DNA from: a virus
Lineage: Duplodnaviria > Caudoviricetes
Strand: one strand, 5' to 3'
IMG/VR virus record: IMGVR_UViG_3300042338_000599
Coordinates: 1-35,287 of that record
Length of the DNA stretch: 35,287 nucleotides
Shown here: positions 8,103-15,007 of the stretch, in pieces
How positions within the stretch are numbered: the stretch's first letter is position 1
How the letters are laid out: each line of letters opens with the position of its first letter
Position numbers and translations under genes: made by a program
Notes under the pieces: generated by a model
What the model saw: only the letters and a program-made list of their open reading frames with translations
Told to the model about the DNA's origin: nothing
The model's database searches: none

Positions 8103-8892
8103 TTATCTCCTTCCAGTATGTAGGTCTTGCATTCCATAATTTTGTACTTATTTTTTCATACCCGTGAAGTCGCATCTCTGAACCAAAAATCCTTCCAAGC
8201 TTTTTGTTTTCTACAAGTTCATCTGCAACAATATAGAATGGGAAATGACCTATTGCTTTAGTATTAAATGAATTTGCAGCATATAAATTTTTCGGTGACA
8301 TATATCTGATTACATCAAATAAATGTTTAATAGGATCGCTTATATGTTCAAAATATTCACTTGCAAAAACAATGTCTACATCCTTAGGTATGTCTAAAAT
8401 AGATTCTACAATCTTAAAATCATTTTTTTCGGCTATACTATTGCAGATAGAATACTGCATAGTGTTTTTTAAATTTGTTCCAAACACTTCTGCATTAGGA
8501 AATAATTGTTTTAATGCTAAAGTTGAAAGCCCTATCCCGCATCCTAAATCTACGATGACTTTAGGATCTTTTGGAAACAACATAAATTTATTCATGTTTT
8601 TAATGTATTCTTTTGAATAAATTGTCCAACATGCAACAAGTTCAGCTAGGTAATATGGATGATCATAAACTCCAAAATCAGGATTTCCATTTTCGACAGA
8701 CTTATACCATCTTGATTCTAATTCCTGTCCTATCCTTAATTCTTCCCTTAAAGTTTTATCACCTTTTAAATATTTTATGGTCTGAACAATTATTTCTTTG
8801 ATTTTCAAATCTTTAATACTTAAAACATCATCGACAATTTTCATAAACGAATCTATCGTTTCTTTTGTACTGCAATTCAAAATGTCATTCAT
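8092..8892 (-). CDS. class I SAM-dependent methyltransferase
   Basis: VIVDLGCGIG (motif I) and DIVFASEYFEHISDP; no DPPY/NPPY or PC motif, so it is not a canonical DNA methyltransferase. Confidence 0.85.
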   Translation of the reverse strand: MNDILNCSTKETIDSFMKIVDDVLSIKDLKIKEIIVQTIKYLKGDKTLREELRIGQELESRWYKSVENGNPDFGVYDHPYYLAELVACWTIYSKEYIKNMNKFMLFPKDPKVIVDLGCGIGLSTLALKQLFPNAEVFGTNLKNTMQYSICNSIAEKNDFKIVESILDIPKDVDIVFASEYFEHISDPIKHLFDVIRYMSPKNLYAANSFNTKAIGHFPFYIVADELVENKKLGRIFGSEMRLHGYEKISTKLWNARPTYWKEINDE

Positions 8893-9169
8893 TTCCTTTA
8901 TCTCCCTTTTCTGGTTCTAATATATATTCCATAACTTTTAACACTCGTCGTTCGATTTTTGGGAACCAAATGTATTTGGTTGTATATCCAATTTTTTGAT
9001 CAACAAGTTTAGAGAATTCTTGAACACCTTCTTCTGATTCAAAATGAACCATTAAAGTTTTCATAGGTTCTTTATTTGGTTGATCAAATTCTGGCATACC
9101 TACCCATTCTTTTTCCCATGGCTCAGGTATTTTTTCCATAGGAAACAACATCGGTTGATCTTCGCTCAT
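8885..9169 (-). CDS. WxGMPEF-motif protein, a frequent neighbour of TAGT genes
   Basis: EWVGMPEFDQ...LMVHFESEEGVQEFSKLVDQKI..TKYIWFP pattern; overlaps the methyltransferase start. Confidence 0.7.
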   Translation of the reverse strand: MSEDQPMLFPMEKIPEPWEKEWVGMPEFDQPNKEPMKTLMVHFESEEGVQEFSKLVDQKIGYTTKYIWFPKIERRVLKVMEYILEPEKGDKGNE

Positions 9170-9178
9170 TTTTATCTC

Positions 9179-9355
9179 CTAAAATTTTTCTAGTTTGTTT
9201 TTAGACTTGTAAAAATAACCTAAAACATACTTTATGACAGCTGTTTTAGTGCCAAGGTTGAGGTCTTCCCGTATCCATTCAATTGTATTCATATCATCTT
9301 GCGTCAGCTTAAAATGATTTGAAATCTTGAAATTCTTATCGCGTTTAGTCTTCAT
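9179..9355 (-). CDS. 58-aa putative ribbon-helix-helix DNA-binding protein (not in ORF track)
   Basis: MKTKRDKNFKISNHFKLTQDDMNTIEWIREDLNLGTKTAVIKYVLGYFYKSKNKLEKF; TAATG coupling with the upstream gene, and the stop overlaps the AGGAG RBS of the next gene. Confidence 0.7.
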   Translation of the reverse strand: MKTKRDKNFKISNHFKLTQDDMNTIEWIREDLNLGTKTAVIKYVLGYFYKSKNKLEKF

Positions 9356-9636
9356 TAGAATATATCCGTTGATGTAGGTTTAGATTTAAAAAGAAATACC
9401 ATATCTTCGCCATGCCAACCACCAACTAAAGTTCCGTCCCATCCTAATTTATCTGCAAGCTTTATTGCAGATTCAGTATGGAGGTATTCTCGGCTGAATG
9501 AATAATCGTAAGCGATTGTAATGCTTACCTTTTTATCACTTCCGAGTATAGCTTTGATCCTAGAACCCTTCGTATTAGTGGCTGGCATGTATATGGTTGT
9601 TATAAACACGCCATTCATTGTTTCACAAGTTAACAT
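9355..9636 (-). CDS. conserved phage hypothetical protein (ITTxYxPATNTKGSRIKA motif)
   Basis: Start reassigned to the ATG at 9636 with GGGGT RBS; motif is common in phage early genes. Confidence 0.7.
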   Translation of the reverse strand: MLTCETMNGVFITTIYMPATNTKGSRIKAILGSDKKVSITIAYDYSFSREYLHTESAIKLADKLGWDGTLVGGWHGEDMVFLFKSKPTSTDIF

Positions 9637-9652
9637 ATTTACCCCCACCCCT

Positions 9653-9952
9653 TTATAAATTTTTAAAAGTCCAAGGACACATAACCTTAATTTGTTTAAT
9701 AGTATATCGCGTCATACTATGTCGATCTGTATAACATTTTGAAATACTATCCCATACAAATATCTTGTCAACTTTTGCAGAATATTTGGCACGATGATCA
9801 ACCAGTATTCTGTAAAATCCTCTGCTTCGATCCTTCCATGGCTTGCAATAAAACATGAAAGATTCTGAAAGCTTCATTTTTTTGTCATCTTCATCCATCC
9901 AAAATTCTTTAATGTATGGATCAGTTTCAGTCTGTTGAAATTCTTCGATCAT
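9653..9952 (-). CDS. hypothetical protein
   Basis: AAAGGGG RBS; first gene after the promoter at 10003-10031. Confidence 0.7.
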   Translation of the reverse strand: MIEEFQQTETDPYIKEFWMDEDDKKMKLSESFMFYCKPWKDRSRGFYRILVDHRAKYSAKVDKIFVWDSISKCYTDRHSMTRYTIKQIKVMCPWTFKNL

Positions 9953-10002
9953 AACTATCCCCTTTGTAAGTTTAGGCCAACCAACATGATCGACCTAATA
10001 TC

Positions 10003-10031
10003 AGTATATATGAAAGTGTTAACAATGTCTA
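10003..10031 (-). promoter_or_regulatory. early sigma70-type promoter
   Basis: TAGACA-17 nt-TATACT. Confidence 0.8.
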
Positions 10032-10047
10032 CATTGATCAATAAATA

Positions 10048-10326
10048 TTAATCAAATCGTTCCTTAGCTATTTCTATGTTATTTTCTTCAAGTTCCTTTA
10101 TTAGCGAATCTATTACCTTTTTAAGCTTTTTATTGCGTCTAATGTAATAGCTTTCACTTTGTTGTAATTTTAATACACGCTTCCTTAGTGCTCCAATAGT
10201 GTTAAAATTTTGAGTGATTTTCTTCGAATAGCATATTCTACAAAGGTTATTGTTATACACGAATTTAAGCAGCTTTTTAGCACAATTACGACATACAGAA
10301 TCTATATTGGTATTAATCTTCTTCAT
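10048..10326 (-). CDS. hypothetical zinc-finger / coiled-coil protein
   Basis: CRNC...CRIC pair followed by a basic coiled coil. Confidence 0.65.
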   Translation of the reverse strand: MKKINTNIDSVCRNCAKKLLKFVYNNNLCRICYSKKITQNFNTIGALRKRVLKLQQSESYYIRRNKKLKKVIDSLIKELEENNIEIAKERFD

Positions 10327-10561
10327 GTTCTGCTCCTTCTTCTTCTTCTACAAAAGAAATTCTACCCATCAACAAAAGTTCTTCAATACCATACACTGTT
10401 TTCCGTTCGCAAGTAGGGCATTCTACCTTCCTTGCATCTGGTTCTAACGAGTCACCGTAATCATCTCCGCAATTTATACATAAGCCTAACATATCGTCAG
10501 CTTCGTGTATAAATTCAGATTCTGACATCTCAAACGTTTTAGATTCTTTCAGATACTTCAT
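10313..10561 (-). CDS. zinc-ribbon protein (CxxC...EPDA...CxxC)
   Basis: GLCINCG...LEPDARKVECPTCERKTVYGIEE; AAAGGGAG RBS. Confidence 0.75.
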   Translation of the reverse strand: MKYLKESKTFEMSESEFIHEADDMLGLCINCGDDYGDSLEPDARKVECPTCERKTVYGIEELLLMGRISFVEEEEGAEHEED

Positions 10562-10603
10562 TTCAAACTCCCTTTAAAAAAATAAAAAAAAACATACTAC
10601 GCG

Positions 10604-10963
10604 TTAGTCGATTTCTAATTCAGAATCATCCCATTCGTATGGAACAATTGTCCAAACATCAAGATTACTTGCAAGATTAGGATCAGGATGCGTTTCTGGA
10701 CATAACTGCCAAGTTAATATCTTAACGCCTTGAACTATTATCCGGTGATCTTCCATCAATGTATAAACATTAATGGCTGGACCTAAAGCTTCCCAATCTT
10801 CAAAATCTTTGTCTTCAGGTTCAATCTGAATAATCAAGCTGCCTTCTATATCTTCAAGCTGGCAATACGATGGCAATGGATACTGCGCGGCGTTGCATGG
10901 ATAATCACCTGGATCATCCCATATTTCTAATCTAATGGACAAAGTATTTTTAAGAATCTTCAC
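10604..10963 (-). CDS. hypothetical acidic protein
   Basis: 119-aa ORF overlapping the upstream stop; AAGGTG RBS. Confidence 0.65.
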   Translation of the reverse strand: MKILKNTLSIRLEIWDDPGDYPCNAAQYPLPSYCQLEDIEGSLIIQIEPEDKDFEDWEALGPAINVYTLMEDHRIIVQGVKILTWQLCPETHPDPNLASNLDVWTIVPYEWDDSELEID

Positions 10964-11337
10964 TTTTTCACCTTCCTTTTTGATACTGGATGATGGATCG
11001 AAATATATGGTATCTTTTCTTGTTCTGTTCTAGTCATTACAGAAATAGCAGAATGAATTAATTCTATTACAGAAAAAGGTATAATCATTTCGTATTTCTT
11101 CATTGATTTACCATTTTTGCTAGTGGTAGGATAGTACACAAGTTGAGGATAAGATGAATGCGTTTGTTTTTCAAATTCCCGTACATCCTTTGCTTTTATT
11201 TCCCTTCCCCAAGTGATAAACAATTCATCCTGTATACCCTCTATTTTGGCCTTACCTATACAGGAACAGCCTAAAAAATAACTTCCGTAGACTGTTCCGT
11301 AGTATCTCATTTCTAATACTTTTAAAGCCTTAAGCAT
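10960..11337 (-). CDS. hypothetical protein
   Basis: 125-aa ORF with AAAGGGG RBS. Confidence 0.65.
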   Translation of the reverse strand: MLKALKVLEMRYYGTVYGSYFLGCSCIGKAKIEGIQDELFITWGREIKAKDVREFEKQTHSSYPQLVYYPTTSKNGKSMKKYEMIIPFSVIELIHSAISVMTRTEQEKIPYISIHHPVSKRKVKK

Positions 11338-11364
11338 CTTTACCCCTTTATTGTTAATAACTTG

Positions 11365-11835
11365 TTAACTCAAAGAAAACCAACAAGGTTTTTCTCTATT
11401 CTTCCATGTAGCTAAATGATTTTTAGCTTTCATATAATACAGCCTGTATGCTTCGACTGCACAATCTTTTTTATACTCGATCGGCATGGCCTGAGCAAAT
11501 TTAGTTAACATTCCTTCTGGTATGTTATTACATTTTGAATAGCAGTTTTGAATTACATTTTGGCAAGCGTGCTGCTTATTATACCTATATGTATACTCGA
11601 AACACAATTCTAATGCAAAATCACATAGCCATCTGAAGTTATCCCTATTTGCTGCAGCCCATTTAGTGCAAGGATGCTTGATATGTGCCGGCTTATATTC
11701 TACATCGTTAAAGCCATTTAGAATCAACGCAGTACATAACATCTGAGCTGATTCTAAAGGCATCTTCACAATATGTTTATCTACGTGATACCTAGCCGCT
11801 TCCTTGATATCAGTAGATAAAATAAATATATTCAT
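11365..11835 (-). CDS. pyrimidine-dimer DNA glycosylase / endonuclease V (DenV-like) family protein
   Basis: MNIFIL...DKHIVKMPLESAQMLCTA...HIKHPCTKW...EYTYRYNKQH...QAMP...AYRLYY motifs. Confidence 0.85.
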   Translation of the reverse strand: MNIFILSTDIKEAARYHVDKHIVKMPLESAQMLCTALILNGFNDVEYKPAHIKHPCTKWAAANRDNFRWLCDFALELCFEYTYRYNKQHACQNVIQNCYSKCNNIPEGMLTKFAQAMPIEYKKDCAVEAYRLYYMKAKNHLATWKNREKPCWFSLS

Positions 11836-12176
11836 TAAACCCTTTCGATTCTACTTTCGTTCAATTCTTGAGATTCCGCTTTTAACTCAGCTTCCAACTC
11901 CTTTTTAATTCTCATCCTTTCAGAAATTTGCCAAACTAAATCCTTAGCTTCCTGTTCAGTAATATCAGTAAAACCCATCCTCCTATAATAGATTTTTCTG
12001 TGCAGCTCTGTAGATTGCTCTTTTGAAATACCCATAATTTTTGCATCCCTATCGTGTGTCTCGTCTCCCATATGTATATAGCTACACATCATATGTAACC
12101 ACCTACACTCCTGTGCAGTCAAATCAAGCCTAATCATCTTTGTTTCTTCTGGTTCTTCATAGTTAATACTCGACAT
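11835..12176 (-). CDS. hypothetical protein (first early gene)
   Basis: AAAGGGAG RBS, downstream of the promoter at 12243-12271. Confidence 0.7.
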   Translation of the reverse strand: MSSINYEEPEETKMIRLDLTAQECRWLHMMCSYIHMGDETHDRDAKIMGISKEQSTELHRKIYYRRMGFTDITEQEAKDLVWQISERMRIKKELEAELKAESQELNESRIERV

Positions 12177-12242
12177 AGCTTATTCTCCCTTTGTGTAATC
12201 TACATAGATGGATAAATCAACGTGATTCATCTATCTAGAATT

Positions 12243-12271
12243 ATTCTAAAGGTTAGTGGTTACATTGTCTA
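12243..12271 (-). promoter_or_regulatory. early sigma70-type promoter
   Basis: TAGACA-17 nt-TAGAAT. Confidence 0.8.
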
Positions 12272-12533
12272 CACTAATTAGCAGTATTTTCAGAATTATT
12301 ATCAATGTATCTATAGAAGCAAATGCGGTGAATATACTGTATGGCTATTTTTGTAGCTTATAACAGTGGTTTAATATATCTATAGAAATGGAGTATAAAA
12401 AAAATAAAAAAAATAGGTGTCACCCCTATACCTCTCGTATAACGGACCACAGCCGCGTGAGAGTGTAGATAGATATAGAAGGCAGAGAGTAGGAAGGTGT
12501 ATCTATTGTGTACACATATATCTGTATCTATTA

Positions 12534-12557
12534 TTTTTTTTTTTTTTTTTTTTTTTT
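12534..12557. repeat. poly-T homopolymer (24 T)
   Basis: Read directly from the sequence. Confidence 0.9.
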
Positions 12558-12604
12558 ATATATATACCACTATGAATGAATTTCCCTAATACCAATTATA
12601 AATC

Positions 12605-12663
12605 TATTTATACTCTCGCTTGTCTTAATATATTTATACTCTATCTTGTCTTAATATATTTAT
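12605..12663. repeat. 26-bp tandem direct repeat (2 copies plus a partial third)
   Basis: TATTTATACTCTnnCTTGTCTTAATA at 12605-12630 and 12631-12656, differing at 2 positions. Confidence 0.9.
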
Positions 12664-12824
12664 TTTTTTTGTGTGGACATTTAATAAAAAATGTCTATGG
12701 ATCCTATTAATTTCTGCAGCTGTGCGCTGACGCCCCCTGGCCACCCTAATTTCTATGAGTAAAATCCTAAAACGTCAACTTTTATTTTTCCTAAAAATTC
12801 CTAATCTGTTAACTTCCATATGTA

Positions 12825-12852
12825 TTTACATTTATTTATTATATGTTACTAT
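12825..12852 (+). promoter_or_regulatory. candidate promoter of the structural operon
   Basis: TTTACA-16 nt-TACTAT with an extended -10 TG. Confidence 0.55.
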
Positions 12853-12876
12853 GATAAAATCTAAAGGAGAATAATT

Positions 12877-13176
12877 ATGCCAGCAGACACATCAATGCCA
12901 ATTTCGCAAACGATACCAGGTACAGTAACAATAGCTGCTAGCGGAGCAAGCCACATTCACGCATTCACTTTACAGGGAGATGGAGATTGTTCAGTGCAGT
13001 TTTTTAAGGCTGACGGAACAACAGCATTAACCGGATTGATTCATGTACCTTGCTATCAAATATTTTCGCAAGCAATGCAATCAGTAGGTTTGATTCGTAG
13101 CGATGCAGGTATTAAATTAACTGTAGTAGGGAATCCATCTGGCAAGCTTTCAGGGTTTGTTACTTATAATGCATAA
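12877..13176 (+). CDS. small beta-rich hypothetical (probably virion) protein
   Basis: AAGGAG RBS; small-residue-rich 99-aa ORF before the portal; no terminase features. Confidence 0.7.
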   Translation: MPADTSMPISQTIPGTVTIAASGASHIHAFTLQGDGDCSVQFFKADGTTALTGLIHVPCYQIFSQAMQSVGLIRSDAGIKLTVVGNPSGKLSGFVTYNA

Positions 13177-13191
13177 CCCAAGAATTGAACA

Positions 13192-14982
13192 ATGAATTCT
13201 AAAAAAACACCAGATGTCAAAGAATCTATAAGTTATGGGTCAGGAGAATATTCTTCTGGCTTTGGTCCGTTTTGGAATGACAGCGGGGCGTATAATCCGT
13301 TCCAATTTCCTTCTGCCGGGCAAAACGGATGGATTGATCCTGTTCAGCTTGCGATACGCGATAATTACCTTTCTGGTGAGCAATTACCTGTTTATCTGAC
13401 TTGGTGGCAGTTAAAGTCAATTCGCGATAGAGCAAGGTATGTTTATGCTGTAAATGAGTTTGCACATGGTATTGTAGGCTGTTTTCAGAATTTTGTTGTT
13501 GGAGCGACTGGATTTAAATGGCGTGTAGCAAATATTGATTTAAGAACACCAGTTCCTGAAGAAATTCTTAAAAGATGCCAAAATACATTGGATATCTTTC
13601 GAGAATATAACAATATGGTCGAAGTGGAAAATGAAATCGTCTATAGGCTACATGTTGACGGCGAAGTGTTCATTCGTAAGTTTCCACAAGCAAATGGTAT
13701 GTTAGTAATCAGGTTCATAGAACCTGAGCTTGTAAGGGGCTATGCAACGGATATCGGATCACCAAAAGATTCATTTGGGATTATTGCGGAAGAAGATGAT
13801 ATTAATTCTGTTCTTGGCTATCAGGTTATTGAAAAACCTTGGGAAACAAAAGAACCTAAATTTATTCCTGCATCAGATATTATTCACATTAAGTTTGGAA
13901 CGAATGCGAATGCAAAAAGGGGTTTAACTTCCTTTTATCCAGTATTTCAGAATTTAAACAATTGTGAGGATATCCTAGCTTCAACTGTGACTATGGCAAA
14001 AGCTAGGGCGAAGATTGCGATGATTCGCAAAGTATCTAATGTTGCTCCTGATTCAATGTCTAACCTTGTAGATTCTACAGTGGATGCAACTATTAACGAT
14101 AATAATCCAATGACAGGTAGTAACATGAAGCTTGAACGCTTTGGTTATGGTTCTATCATTACAACTCCTGAAAATATTAGTTATGAATTCCCTGGAGCAA
14201 ATTTAGATTCAGCAGGTTTGATTGAAGTCCTTCAAGCTAACCTTAGATCACTTGCCACTAGATTTGGCATTAGTGAAACGCTTGTTTCTGGTGATGCTTC
14301 TAATAATAACTATTCATCCGCATTAATTGCAGAAGCACCAGCAAGAAGAACCTTTGAGAGATGGCAAGGTATTGTAGGTAGATCACTTGCCGAATGTAGG
14401 TTCGAACCAAATAAATCCCTTGCATGGACACAACTTAATTTAGCTGCTGAACACGGAATAATACCAAAAGAAATTTTAAAGAATTTAAAAGTTACTGCTG
14501 AAGCTTGTTCACTGCAATCTCGCGATCATCAAAAAGAAGCAGAGATGAACAGAATGTATTTAGATATGGGTGTCAAGTCAATTCAAACAATTAGAAGCGA
14601 AGTTGGTTTAGATAACGACACGGAAGCAAGTAACATTAACACACATGCTAATATTAAACCTAGTGATCCATCTGCAAAAGCAGAAAAACCTAATGCAGCA
14701 CCAAACGAAACACCCAATGCAGCACCAGAAGCAAATAAACCTGAAGATAATAATGCAGAAGAGGTTCAAGATACTGCTTTGAATGGTGCACAAATAACAT
14801 CACTTGTAAATGTAGTAACGCAATGTGTACAAGGTTTGTTACCAATTTCCGCTGGTATGGCTATTGCAAAATCTTCATTCCCACTAATTCCGCAAAGTGT
14901 TATTGATGCAATTTTCAAAGATATTGAGGTTAAGAAAACACCTGATCCTGAAAAACCTAAAGTGCAACCTATGGACAAATAA
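13192..14982 (+). CDS. portal protein (lambda-like) with C-terminal extension
   Basis: DGEVFIRK, FIEPELV, DIIHIK, KRGL, SGDASNNNYSS and IRSEVGLD motifs; located before the protease and capsid genes. Confidence 0.9.
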   Translation: MNSKKTPDVKESISYGSGEYSSGFGPFWNDSGAYNPFQFPSAGQNGWIDPVQLAIRDNYLSGEQLPVYLTWWQLKSIRDRARYVYAVNEFAHGIVGCFQNFVVGATGFKWRVANIDLRTPVPEEILKRCQNTLDIFREYNNMVEVENEIVYRLHVDGEVFIRKFPQANGMLVIRFIEPELVRGYATDIGSPKDSFGIIAEEDDINSVLGYQVIEKPWETKEPKFIPASDIIHIKFGTNANAKRGLTSFYPVFQNLNNCEDILASTVTMAKARAKIAMIRKVSNVAPDSMSNLVDSTVDATINDNNPMTGSNMKLERFGYGSIITTPENISYEFPGANLDSAGLIEVLQANLRSLATRFGISETLVSGDASNNNYSSALIAEAPARRTFERWQGIVGRSLAECRFEPNKSLAWTQLNLAAEHGIIPKEILKNLKVTAEACSLQSRDHQKEAEMNRMYLDMGVKSIQTIRSEVGLDNDTEASNINTHANIKPSDPSAKAEKPNAAPNETPNAAPEANKPEDNNAEEVQDTALNGAQITSLVNVVTQCVQGLLPISAGMAIAKSSFPLIPQSVIDAIFKDIEVKKTPDPEKPKVQPMDK

Positions 14983-15000
14983 TTTTTATTAGGTTAGTAT
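14972..15000 (+). promoter_or_regulatory. candidate internal promoter giving a leaderless protease mRNA
   Basis: TGGACA-17 nt-TAGTAT, with the ATG 7 nt after the -10 box and no SD sequence. Confidence 0.5.
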
Positions 15001-15007
15001 TTAAAAT

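Noticed and set aside
8092-8892. Restriction-modification type DNA methyltransferase
   Set aside because: Lacks DPPY/NPPY and PC catalytic motifs; resembles small-molecule or sugar methyltransferases.
12605-12663. CRISPR array or mini-array
   Set aside because: The 26-bp units are directly adjacent with no spacers, and no cas genes are present.
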